In this document: positions 20,442-29,989 of the stretch, one piece after another
How positions within the stretch are numbered: the first letter of the stretch is position 1
Layout: the number at the start of each line of letters is the position of its first letter
DNA from: an uncultured Gemmatimonadaceae bacterium
GTDB taxonomy: Bacteria > Gemmatimonadota > Gemmatimonadetes > Gemmatimonadales > Gemmatimonadaceae
DNA length: 64,000 nt
Direction of reading: 5' to 3'
NCBI GenBank assembly: GCA_963740355.1
Contig: CAVUDW010000003.1
Location: 1,632,001-1,696,000, forward strand
The notes under the pieces: model-generated
The model's database searches: none
Told to the model about the DNA's origin: nothing
Seen by the model: the letters and a program-made list of their open reading frames with translations, nothing else
Position numbers and translations under genes: made by a program

Positions 20442-21542
20442 ATGCTTCGTGTCACTGATTCCGGCCTCTACTGTGAGGCCGGCGACTTCTTTATCGATCC
20501 GTGGCGGCCTGTGCCGCGTGCGGTCGTCACGCATGCGCACAGCGACCACCTCACCTGGGGATGCGGCCACTACCTCGTATCGGAACGTGGTGTGGGGGTG
20601 TCGCGCGAACGCCTTGGGCAGTGGCAGGATCGTGTCGAGGGTATTCCGTTCGGCGAAGTGCGCACCATCAACGGTGTGCGCGTCTCCCTCCATCCCGCCG
20701 GCCACATCCTCGGCTCTGCGCAGGTACGACTGGAGCTCGGTGGCGAAGTCTGGGTGGCGTCGGGTGATTACAAGACCGACCCCGACCCCACCTGTGATGC
20801 GTGGGAGCCGGTCCGCTGCCACACCTTCATTACCGAGAGCACGTTCGGCTTGCCGATCTACCGCTGGCCTGCGCCACGCGCGGTGTTTGCTGACATCAAC
20901 GCCTGGTGGCGCGACAATGTCGCGGCGGGTCGCACATCGCTCCTCTTCGGCTACGGCCTTGGGAAGGCGCAGCGGCTGTTGGCCGGCCTCGATCCGACGA
21001 TCGGGCCGATCCTCGTGCACGGTGCCGTCGATCGCATGACCGAGCTGTATCGAGAGGCTGGCGTCTCGATGCCTGACACGAGTTATGCCACGACGGCGCG
21101 CAACGAAGCAAAGGGTGCGATGGTCGTGGCTCCGCCGAGTGCGGATGGCAGCACCTGGGCACGCAAGTTCGGGGCACAATCCACGGCCTTTGCCAGCGGC
21201 TGGATGCTGGTGCGTGGTGCGCGTCGGCGTCGGAGTGTGGATCGCGGGTTCACCCTGTCCGATCACGTCGACTGGCCGCAGCTGTTGGGCGCCATCGACG
21301 CGACCGGCGCCGAGCGTGTGCTGGTGACGCATGGCTTCACCGGGCCCGTGGTACGGTGGTTGCGGGAGCGTGGGTTGGCGGCCGATGCGTTGTCCACACG
21401 GTACGAGGGCGAGCGTGACGACGCACCGGATGCAACCAGCGCACCGGAATCGGGCGACGGCGCTGACGCCACTCTGACAGGCGCGCAGCTGCCCAATGCA
21501 GCGTCATCGGGAAACACGCCGGGCGCCGAGTCGGCCGAATGA
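20442..21542 (+). CDS. Ligase-associated DNA damage response exonuclease (metallo-beta-lactamase/beta-CASP)
   Basis: IDPWRPV.RAVVTHAHSDH, PAGHILGSAQ, ITESTFGLP and LSDHVDW. Confidence 0.92.
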   Translation: MLRVTDSGLYCEAGDFFIDPWRPVPRAVVTHAHSDHLTWGCGHYLVSERGVGVSRERLGQWQDRVEGIPFGEVRTINGVRVSLHPAGHILGSAQVRLELGGEVWVASGDYKTDPDPTCDAWEPVRCHTFITESTFGLPIYRWPAPRAVFADINAWWRDNVAAGRTSLLFGYGLGKAQRLLAGLDPTIGPILVHGAVDRMTELYREAGVSMPDTSYATTARNEAKGAMVVAPPSADGSTWARKFGAQSTAFASGWMLVRGARRRRSVDRGFTLSDHVDWPQLLGAIDATGAERVLVTHGFTGPVVRWLRERGLAADALSTRYEGERDDAPDATSAPESGDGADATLTGAQLPNAASSGNTPGAESAE

Positions 21543-23146
21543 AGGCATTCGCCGAGTTGTACGACGCGATCGATCGCACCACTGCGACGCAGGGTAAGGT
21601 TGCGGCGTTGGTCGAGTATTTCGGTACAGCGTCATCCGCAGATGCGGCTTGGGCGGTGTCATTCCTCGTTGGCCGCCGGCCGAAGCGGTTGATCAGGTCG
21701 GGCGACTTGCGCGCGTGGGCGGCGGCGGCGGCTGATGTACCGGATTGGTTGTTCGAGGAATCGTATGCGCAGGCTGGCGACCTGGCCGAGACCATCTCGT
21801 TGCTCGTGCCGGAGTCTGAGGAGGAGCCGGCCGAGTCATCACTCGCATACTGGGTCGAGCAACAACTGTTGCCACTCGGGCAGATGGATCCGGCGGCGCA
21901 GCGTGATGCGTTGCTCACGATCTGGCGCACGTTGCGTGGTGGAGCGCGTTTCGTGTTCAACAAGTTGATCACCGGCTCATTCCGTATGGGTGTGTCGGAT
22001 GGCTTGCTGGTGCGCGCGCTGGCGCAGGTGAGCGGTGTCAGTGGTGACGCGATCAGTCATCGCCTGATGGGCAAGTGGGAGCCTAGTGGCGATTGGTATG
22101 CGCGACTGATGCATCCCGACACCGATGACGCTGATTGGAGTCGGCCCTATCCGTTCTATCTCGCGTATCCGCTGGAGCAGGATGTCGAGTCGCTTGGTGG
22201 CGTGGACGAGTGGCAGGTCGAGTGGAAGTGGGACGGGATTCGAGCCCAGCTCGTGCGGCGTCGGGGCAAGACGTTGATCTGGAGTCGTGGCGAGGAGTTG
22301 CTTGCGGGCCGATTTCCGGAGGTCGAACAGACCGCGGAATTCCTGCCAGACGGCACCGTGATCGACGGTGAACTGGTGGCGTGGCGCGATGGCACGCCCC
22401 TTCCCTTCACCGAGTTGCAGCGTCGTATCAACCGCAAGACTGTCGGCAAGAAGCTGCTCTCCGACGTGCCCTGTGCGATGATCACGTACGATCTGCTGGA
22501 ACTCGGAGGTCATGACATGCGCATGGCCACGATGGTGGAGCGCCGCTCGGGTCTTCACGCACTCGTGCGAAACCTGCCCACTGGTGGCACCATGCACATG
22601 TCGCCGATCATCACCGCTGCCAGCTGGGACGAGATCCACGCGGCGCGGGCCGACTCGCGCAACCAGCGCGCAGAGGGACTGATGCTGAAGCGTCGCGTCT
22701 CGCCGTATGGTGTGGGGCGGCGTGTTGGCGACTGGTGGAAGTGGAAGGTCACGCCACTCACTGTTGACGCCGTGCTCGTGTACGCGCAGTCCGGGCACGG
22801 GCGTCGCGCCGGCCTCTATACCGACTACACCTTTGCCGTGTGGGACAACGAGACGCTGGTACCATTCGCGAAGGCGTACTCCGGGTTGACCGACGTAGAG
22901 ATTCGGAAGGTGGACCAGTACGTGCGGCAGAATACGCTCGAGAAGTTCGGTCCCGTGCGCACGGTCACACCGGGCCTCGTGTTCGAGCTGGCGTTCGAAG
23001 GGATCCAGGAGAGCACGCGCCACAAGAGTGGCATCGCCGTGCGGTTTCCACGCATCAGCCGGTGGCGGACAGACAAGTTGCCGAAGGACGCTGACTCGTT
23101 GGCCACGATCAAGGCAATGTTGCGCGCCGAGTGTGGGGAGTCGTGA
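21539..23146 (+). CDS. ATP-dependent DNA ligase (ligase-associated damage response cluster)
   Basis: EWKWDGIR (adenylated Lys), EGLMLKR, WWKWK and AVRFPRI. Confidence 0.95.
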   Translation: MKAFAELYDAIDRTTATQGKVAALVEYFGTASSADAAWAVSFLVGRRPKRLIRSGDLRAWAAAAADVPDWLFEESYAQAGDLAETISLLVPESEEEPAESSLAYWVEQQLLPLGQMDPAAQRDALLTIWRTLRGGARFVFNKLITGSFRMGVSDGLLVRALAQVSGVSGDAISHRLMGKWEPSGDWYARLMHPDTDDADWSRPYPFYLAYPLEQDVESLGGVDEWQVEWKWDGIRAQLVRRRGKTLIWSRGEELLAGRFPEVEQTAEFLPDGTVIDGELVAWRDGTPLPFTELQRRINRKTVGKKLLSDVPCAMITYDLLELGGHDMRMATMVERRSGLHALVRNLPTGGTMHMSPIITAASWDEIHAARADSRNQRAEGLMLKRRVSPYGVGRRVGDWWKWKVTPLTVDAVLVYAQSGHGRRAGLYTDYTFAVWDNETLVPFAKAYSGLTDVEIRKVDQYVRQNTLEKFGPVRTVTPGLVFELAFEGIQESTRHKSGIAVRFPRISRWRTDKLPKDADSLATIKAMLRAECGES

Positions 23147-25614
23147 GCGAAGGATTCAATGCGGCGATCGACGGGTGGTTTGCGGGGAATGGGTGGGAGC
23201 CATTCGCGTTCCAGCGCGACGTGTGGCGCGCCTATGCCGCGGGCTCATCCGGCCTGATTCATGCCGCGACCGGCACTGGCAAGACATACGCCGCCTGGCT
23301 GGGGCCACTCGCCGCCTGGCTCGAGGCAAATCCTGCGGCCACAAAGCAGAAGAAGCGCAGCGCGCATGCGCCGCTGCAGGTGTTGTGGATCACGCCTCTG
23401 CGTGCCTTGGCGGCCGATACCGAGCAGGCGTTGCGTGCACCGATCGACGCGCTGGGTGTGCCGTGGACCATCGAGTCCCGCACTGGCGACACCGCGGAGA
23501 AAGTGCGTCGGGTGCAGCGTGAGCGCTTGCCGAGTGCGTTGATTACGACGCCCGAGTCGCTGGAGTTGCTGCTCTGTCGAGAGGATCAGGAGGCGTTGTT
23601 CGAGACGCTGCAGTGCGTGATCGTCGACGAGTGGCACGAGTTGATGGCCACCAAGCGCGGCGTGCAGGTGGAGCTCGCGCTGGCGCGGTTGCGTGCACTC
23701 TGCCCCACTCTGCGGACGTGGGGACTGTCCGCGACGCTCGGCAATCTCGACATCGCATGTGAGACACTGCTTGGGCGTGATGCCAGTGGCGCCGCGAACG
23801 ACGGGGTGCTGGTGCGCGGCATCGTGCCGAAGGAGATCATCGTCGAGTCGCTGATTCCCGAGTCGATGGAGCGGTTCCCGTGGGCCGGGCACCTGAACAC
23901 GAAGCTGTTGCCACAGGTGATCGAACGGATCGAGTCGGCGCAATCGGCGATCATCTTCACCAATACCCGATCGCAGTGCGAGATCTGGTACCAGTCGATC
24001 GTGGCTGCACGTCCGGAGTGGTTCGAGACCATCGCCATTCACCACGGATCCCTCGACAAGCAGCAGCGTCAGTCCGTGGAAGATGGGCTGAAGAGCGGCC
24101 GATTCCGTGCCGTCGTCGCCACCTCCTCGCTCGACCTCGGCGTGGACTTTGCGCCGGTTGACCTTGTGATGCAGATCGGCAGCCCCAAGGGTGTTGCCCG
24201 GTTGCTGCAGCGCGCGGGGCGCTCAGGGCATTCACCCGGTCGTGTGTCGCAGATCGTCTGCGTGCCGACACATGCCTTCGAGCTGGTGGAGGTGGCCGCC
24301 GCGCGCGACGCGATTCGTGAGGGCAAGATCGAGAGCCGCGACCCCGTCGATCGGCCACTCGACCTTCTGGCCCAGCATCTCGTGACGCGCGCCATCGGCG
24401 GCGGCTTCACTCGGCCCGAGATCATGGCCGAGTTGAAGACCACGCGCGCGTATGGCGCGTTGACCGATGCGGAGCTGGACTGGGTGCTCGACTTCATCAC
24501 GCACGGCGGGGCGGCGTTGCGGGCCTACCCCGAGTACTCGCGCGTGACGAACGAGTATGGGCACTACTTCGTCAGCGACACACGCGTCATCCAGCGCCAC
24601 AAGATGAGCATCGGTACGATCGTCGGCGATACGGCGCTGGCGGTGCGGTTCCTCACCGGCGGCAGGCTCGGCACCGTAGAGGAGAGTTTCGTCGCCCGCC
24701 TGAAGCCGAAGGACCGCTTCATCTTTGCCGGGCGTGCGCTGGAGTTCGTGCGAGTGAAGGACATGACGGCGTGGGTACGGAAGGCGCGCAGTTCGTCCGG
24801 CGCCGTGCCCAGTTGGCAGGGCTCGCGGATGCCACTTTCCACCGAGTTGTCGATTGCGGTGCGCGACAAGCTGGAGGAAGCGCGTGTGGGCGAGTACCGC
24901 AGTCCGGAGATGGTCGCGGTACGTGGCATCCTGCAGCTTCAAGCCGAGCGTTCACTGATTCCATCGCCGGCGGAGCTGCTGATCGAGCGTGTCGATACGA
25001 AGGAGGGGCATCATCTCTTCATCTATCCATTCGACGGCCGCCTAGTGCACGAAGGCCTGGCGGCGCTCTGTGCCTATCGCATTTCGCAGCTGGCGCCGAT
25101 CACCTTCAGCTTCGCGTGCAACGACTATGGATTCGAACTCCTGTCACCGGAGCCGATTCCGATCGAGGAGGCGCTCGAGTCGGGGCTGTTTGCGACCACC
25201 CACCTGTTGCACGACATCAAGCAGTCGCTGAACGCCGCCGAACTCGCTCGGCGGCAGTTCCGCGAGATCGCGCGAGTGGCGGGCCTGATCTTTCAGGGGT
25301 TCCCCGGCCAGGCCAAGTCAGTGAAGCAGGTGCAGGCATCGAGCGGGTTGCTGTACGATGTCTTTGCGAAGTACGACCCCGAGAACCTCTTGCTCCTGCA
25401 GGCGGAACGTGAGGTGCTGGAGCGGCAGCTCGAAGCCAGCCGGATCGGCGCCACGCTGAAACGTCTCGAGCAGAGCACCGTACGCTTGATGGACGTGGCG
25501 CGACCGACGCCGTTGGCGTTCCCGCTGTTGGTGGACCGCACACGCGCCAAGTTGAGTTCCGAGAAGTTGGTCGATCGCGTGAAGCGCATGACGGCACAAT
25601 TCGAGAGAGGGTAA
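23143..25614 (+). CDS. Ligase-associated DEXH-box (Lhr-like) helicase
   Basis: ATGTGKT, VDEWHEL, GLSAT, HHGSLD, ATSSLDLGVD and QRAGRSGH; GTG start overlaps the ligase stop. Confidence 0.92.
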   Translation: MSEGFNAAIDGWFAGNGWEPFAFQRDVWRAYAAGSSGLIHAATGTGKTYAAWLGPLAAWLEANPAATKQKKRSAHAPLQVLWITPLRALAADTEQALRAPIDALGVPWTIESRTGDTAEKVRRVQRERLPSALITTPESLELLLCREDQEALFETLQCVIVDEWHELMATKRGVQVELALARLRALCPTLRTWGLSATLGNLDIACETLLGRDASGAANDGVLVRGIVPKEIIVESLIPESMERFPWAGHLNTKLLPQVIERIESAQSAIIFTNTRSQCEIWYQSIVAARPEWFETIAIHHGSLDKQQRQSVEDGLKSGRFRAVVATSSLDLGVDFAPVDLVMQIGSPKGVARLLQRAGRSGHSPGRVSQIVCVPTHAFELVEVAAARDAIREGKIESRDPVDRPLDLLAQHLVTRAIGGGFTRPEIMAELKTTRAYGALTDAELDWVLDFITHGGAALRAYPEYSRVTNEYGHYFVSDTRVIQRHKMSIGTIVGDTALAVRFLTGGRLGTVEESFVARLKPKDRFIFAGRALEFVRVKDMTAWVRKARSSSGAVPSWQGSRMPLSTELSIAVRDKLEEARVGEYRSPEMVAVRGILQLQAERSLIPSPAELLIERVDTKEGHHLFIYPFDGRLVHEGLAALCAYRISQLAPITFSFACNDYGFELLSPEPIPIEEALESGLFATTHLLHDIKQSLNAAELARRQFREIARVAGLIFQGFPGQAKSVKQVQASSGLLYDVFAKYDPENLLLLQAEREVLERQLEASRIGATLKRLEQSTVRLMDVARPTPLAFPLLVDRTRAKLSSEKLVDRVKRMTAQFERG

Positions 25615-27185
25615 TGATGAGCGTACGGGTCGACATGGTTGAAGACGGAGCGTCCATGCCGCCCGCACCTCCGCTCTCGTATGTCCTGATTGCCGCGCTG
25701 GTCGTGGTGCGGTTGCTGCTCCCCGTGCTGACGGTGAACGACACTTGGGGGTTCAATCGCGATGAGTTCCTCTACTTCGCGATGGCTGATCATTTCGACC
25801 TCTTCCGGATGCAGTTTCCACCGCTGATTGCGATGGTGGCGGCGGCGGGGCGGGCGGTGTTCGGCGAATCAGTGCTGGCCGCGCGCGTGCCAGCCGCGAT
25901 GGCGGGTGCTGCCATCGTGGCCGTTGTGATGTTGACCGTGCGGCGGCTCGGCGGCGGTACACGGGCCGGTGTGTTCGCCTGGCTGGCGATGTTGGCGGCG
26001 CCGGTGTTCATCCGTCCCTCGGTTCTGATGCATCCCGTGGTGTTCGATCAGTTGTGGGCGACGGTCGCCCTGGCCGCGCTGACACTGGCGGCGCACGAGC
26101 GCGAGCCACGGTGGTGGTTGCTGGTCGGTGCTGCGCTGGGCCTCGGTGCGCTGACGAAGTTCTCCGTCGCCTTCATCGGTGTCAGCGTGGTCGTGACGAT
26201 GCTGGTGGTGCGTGATCTCCGTCTGCAGCTTGCAACGCGCTGGCCCTGGATCGCCGTGATGGTGGCGCTGCTGATCGCCAGTCCGAGCATCAGCGGGCAG
26301 GTCATGCACGACTGGCCCTTTCTGCAGCAGATGAAGGCCCTGCGCGCGACGCAACTCGATCGGGTGTCACCGCTGGAATTTCTTTCGGGCCAGCTGACGT
26401 TGCTCTGCGCCGCGTGGATCTGTGCCGCGGCCGCGCTGGTCGGGGCGTTGCGCGGGCCGAGTCGTGATCGTGCGCCGGTCGTGGCGGCGGCGGTGATGGT
26501 GCTGCTGATGCTGGTGTTGCATGGCAAGGACTACTATGCCGCACCGGTGTATCCGATGCTGATGGTGGTTGGTGCGCTGCAGCTGGAACGCTGGGCGCGT
26601 TCGTCCCGATCGACGACCGTCGCGGTGGCGGGTGCGATGCTCGCCGGCGCGCTGGTAGTCTGGCCGATCGGTGTCCCAGCCTTCGACGCCGCAGGGATGA
26701 TCCGTTATGCGGAAGCGATCGGCATCGGACGTGCGGTGAAGACGAACAGAGGTGACGTGCTACAGCTGCCACAGGACTACGCCGACATGCTCGGCTGGCG
26801 CGAGCTCGCTGACAGCGTTGGCGCGGTTGTCAGGCGTCTACCGGCCGACGCCCGCGCCGACCTGACAGTCGTCGGCGCGAACTACGGTCGTGCTGGTGCG
26901 CTCGCGTTCTTTCGAAAGCGGGCCGGGATTCCCTACCCCATCAGTACCGCCGGCGACTTCTGGGCATGGGGTCCGGGTACCGCGACTGGGGCACACGCAA
27001 TCGTCGTTGCCGATTCCGTGACCGTCGATCAACTGAAGCAGCTGTATCAGTCTGTCGACGTGGCACGCATCGTGGAGAACCCGCTTGGCGTGACCGAAGA
27101 GCAGCGTGTGTGGATCTTCTACGCGACCAAGCCCAACGCGTCGCTGGTCAGCCTCTGGCCGAAGCTAGGGCCGAACTGGGATTGA
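25614..27185 (+). CDS. GT-C membrane glycosyltransferase (GT39/ArnT-like)
   Basis: RDEFLY..., PPL, multiple TMs, GLGALTK and NYG.AG. Confidence 0.8.
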   Translation: MMSVRVDMVEDGASMPPAPPLSYVLIAALVVVRLLLPVLTVNDTWGFNRDEFLYFAMADHFDLFRMQFPPLIAMVAAAGRAVFGESVLAARVPAAMAGAAIVAVVMLTVRRLGGGTRAGVFAWLAMLAAPVFIRPSVLMHPVVFDQLWATVALAALTLAAHEREPRWWLLVGAALGLGALTKFSVAFIGVSVVVTMLVVRDLRLQLATRWPWIAVMVALLIASPSISGQVMHDWPFLQQMKALRATQLDRVSPLEFLSGQLTLLCAAWICAAAALVGALRGPSRDRAPVVAAAVMVLLMLVLHGKDYYAAPVYPMLMVVGALQLERWARSSRSTTVAVAGAMLAGALVVWPIGVPAFDAAGMIRYAEAIGIGRAVKTNRGDVLQLPQDYADMLGWRELADSVGAVVRRLPADARADLTVVGANYGRAGALAFFRKRAGIPYPISTAGDFWAWGPGTATGAHAIVVADSVTVDQLKQLYQSVDVARIVENPLGVTEEQRVWIFYATKPNASLVSLWPKLGPNWD

Positions 27186-27221
27186 GTACGACCGGTCGCA
27201 GAGTCGTCCCACGGCGAGCGG

Positions 27222-28058
27222 CTACGGCTGTCGTGTGGTCGCAGTTGATGCCGTGCCGGATAGACGTGCCGTCACAGCGGCGGGAGCAAGATCTGCGGCG
27301 ACGATCATCCGAGCCCGAAACTGCGCCACGGACGCATCGATGTCGAAGCCAACCGTGCGGGCCCCGGATCGACCGAGTGGCTTGATCTCGGATTCGAACG
27401 CCTCCCAGCGGAAGCAATCGCTGGTGCTGGCTTGTGCGCACTCTGCATCATTGAAGAAGCTGTACGGCGCACCACTCCCAGCGTCGCCTGTGCCATTGAA
27501 ATCGATGGATGGTGTCACATTGCCGAAGCGAGGTTGCGTCACCACCACACTGTTCCCGTCGCTGCCCGCGACACCGCCTGGCGCCACCGTCACGACGTAG
27601 TCGAGTGGAAAGAGGATCACCCCTCGCGCAGGCGGCAGGGGCCATGTAGGGGACACGAGCCGAATGCCGGGAAGACGGTTTTCGATCACGACATCGAAAC
27701 TGACACGAACCTTGTTCGGCGCGAATGCACCGACCGCCGATTCGCGGTAGTTCGTCGTCAGCATGCGCACGGCATCGCTGCCAAGCAGGGATAGGTCGGG
27801 GCCAGCGATACCGGCGATCGCGAGCGTCGGTGCTGCCGCGGTCGCAGCCGTGGGCGGTGTGAGCGTGATCCGGTTCGAGCGTGTGTCCACGGTCACTGTG
27901 AACGCCAGCGACGAGTACTGGTCTGTGATACCCTGGCCGGCGATTGCTGGTGCGGTGGCGCTGTCAGCGGCACAGGCGCTGCCGCCGAGCAGCGTCAGTG
28001 CGAAGCGCGCAGCGGCGCGCGACAGGCGTGCCGCTGCGACGTGCAGTCTGTGGGACAT
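27222..28058 (-). CDS. Lipoprotein, stand-alone paralog of the N-terminal domain of 33757..35547
   Basis: Lipobox-like GSAC; near-identical blocks with 33757..35547 such as GSGAPYSFFND..C..ATS.DCFRWEA and FDIDA.V.QFR.RMIVAADLA. Confidence 0.75.
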   Translation of the reverse strand: MSHRLHVAAARLSRAAARFALTLLGGSACAADSATAPAIAGQGITDQYSSLAFTVTVDTRSNRITLTPPTAATAAAPTLAIAGIAGPDLSLLGSDAVRMLTTNYRESAVGAFAPNKVRVSFDVVIENRLPGIRLVSPTWPLPPARGVILFPLDYVVTVAPGGVAGSDGNSVVVTQPRFGNVTPSIDFNGTGDAGSGAPYSFFNDAECAQASTSDCFRWEAFESEIKPLGRSGARTVGFDIDASVAQFRARMIVAADLAPAAVTARLSGTASTATTRQP

Positions 28059-28240
28059 GGTGGTGAATGACGGAAGATCGGCTTGGCCGATCTGCAGTCG
28101 TCACTATCGCCAAGGAGCGTGTGACGCCTGCATCGGCGACACTCCCGAGTCTCGGAGTGCGCCGATTTTCATTCACCGAGTTTGTGTAACAGTAAGACCG
28201 CTGGCGCGACTGTTACGAACGTGCGAGCAGGACTGCCAAC

Positions 28241-29989
28241 TCAGGGCATCCGGACGACGGATACCTGCGCGGCGCTGGCTGCAGGAAACGGCGTACCATC
28301 GACTGCGAGCAAGCGAAGGACTGCGCTCGAGGATCCGGCGCTCGTGCGCAGGCGGTACGTCAGGAACGTACCGGGCCGCATCGTCCCGGTGACACTGCTC
28401 CCGCTGGAGAGTGGCAGTGGCTCGATCGGGAATGGTCGGCCCACGCCACCCAGTATTCCGTACCCGTCGAACAGTGACTTGTAGAGCCGCCGAAGGTTGC
28501 GACTCGAGAAGCGCAGGGCGGCTGGTGTCGTACTGCGCGCGACACCAACGACGCTGTCAGTGGAAACGGCCACTGCAAAGTCACCCAGCAATGCGCCCGT
28601 GGATTTTCCGAGCACGGCTTCCAGGTTCGCACGCCCCGTGAGGTTCGTCTCGACCACGCGGCGGAACACCGTCTGGCCTTCGTGATCTGCGATCCAGCGA
28701 AGGAACAACCACGTACCGCCACGTTCCGCCAGAGAGCAGAATGTGCCGGGCGCGCAGGATGTGATCGAGTATTGCGCACTGGAGAAGAGGTACCGGTACG
28801 AGTAGAGCAGGTTCGGGTTGATGTACGGCGTCGCGGAGTCAGGGAAGATCGACGCTGGATTGGTGCGACCACTCGGCGCTGGAAAACGGGTCTCGTAGGT
28901 CAGTGAGCCGAGTTCTTCTGCGATGTGGCTCAACCCTTCGTTGAGCCAGGTCTCTTCGGATGTGCCGCCGCGCTCCACCGCATGTTCGCCAAACGAGATC
29001 AGGTGTTGCAGCTCGTGCACGAAGGTTGGGGGCAGGTTCGCGAGCACGTCCGCCTTGGTGTGGCTGCAACTCCAACGTCCGCTTTCGTCTGGGACGTAGG
29101 CGTAAAACACTTCGCCGCGATTGGAGGTGCTGGCGACGCTGCTCAGGTCATGATTGTAGAAGAAGCCGCGCACGAACCCACTCGTCGCGCATGCCGATGC
29201 CGTCACCATCGAATTCACGGTTGGCGTGAGCAAGAAAATCAGCTTGCCGTTGGCGTCGATATCCGACCCGTCGCCGAACGCCGTCATGACGGCAGGGGCC
29301 AGTCGCTCGTCGTAGAGGGCACCCATGCCCGTCAGCTCGACATCGGTGAATGCGGAAGCCGCCAGGGTGTCGACGTACAACAGGACCCGCGCACCAGAGA
29401 ACCGAAGCCGCGCGCCAACGGTGTTGTACTTCGGCGTGGCGTCGAGTGTGTTGAGCACGCTGAAGTTGCGCGTTGAATCGACCTGCGCGCCCGACTGCAG
29501 CGCGCGCAGCTGTACGCCGCCGGCCGCTGGAACGGCGCCCCCGCGCCACGCCTCGTCACGGTGGCGCATCAGCGCATCGAGGCGTGACTGCGCATCTGGA
29601 GCGGCGTCTGGCGAAGCCGTGCCTTGCGCGACTCGCAACCAGGCCGGCACATCGAAGTCGCTCGGTTCCACGCGCGCCACCACCGCCGACGGATCACCGA
29701 GTCGGAACCCATAGCCGCCATAGGGCAGCGTGGCCCCCGTGATCTGCGGTACGACCAGATACTCACGGTCACCACCTTCGAGGGCGAAACACGCGGCGTC
29801 ACTGCCCGAGAGCACCACCCGCTCAAGCGGGGCAAGGGCGCGAACACTGATGGTTGCACCGTTGCATTTCGTTTCGGTCGGTTGCACCTTCGCCGCCGGC
29901 CCGTCGCCGCCGCACGCCACGAGCAGCAACGGCAGCGCGACTCCGAGGATCCCCGCGCGGCAGCGTGCGTGCCTACTTGAAGATGTCAT
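28241..29989 (-). CDS. Lipoprotein zinc metallopeptidase (HExxH...E, M30-like)
   Basis: Lipobox LVAC; VHELQHLI...WLNEGLSH.AEE. Confidence 0.75.
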   Translation of the reverse strand: MTSSSRHARCRAGILGVALPLLLVACGGDGPAAKVQPTETKCNGATISVRALAPLERVVLSGSDAACFALEGGDREYLVVPQITGATLPYGGYGFRLGDPSAVVARVEPSDFDVPAWLRVAQGTASPDAAPDAQSRLDALMRHRDEAWRGGAVPAAGGVQLRALQSGAQVDSTRNFSVLNTLDATPKYNTVGARLRFSGARVLLYVDTLAASAFTDVELTGMGALYDERLAPAVMTAFGDGSDIDANGKLIFLLTPTVNSMVTASACATSGFVRGFFYNHDLSSVASTSNRGEVFYAYVPDESGRWSCSHTKADVLANLPPTFVHELQHLISFGEHAVERGGTSEETWLNEGLSHIAEELGSLTYETRFPAPSGRTNPASIFPDSATPYINPNLLYSYRYLFSSAQYSITSCAPGTFCSLAERGGTWLFLRWIADHEGQTVFRRVVETNLTGRANLEAVLGKSTGALLGDFAVAVSTDSVVGVARSTTPAALRFSSRNLRRLYKSLFDGYGILGGVGRPFPIEPLPLSSGSSVTGTMRPGTFLTYRLRTSAGSSSAVLRLLAVDGTPFPAASAAQVSVVRMP

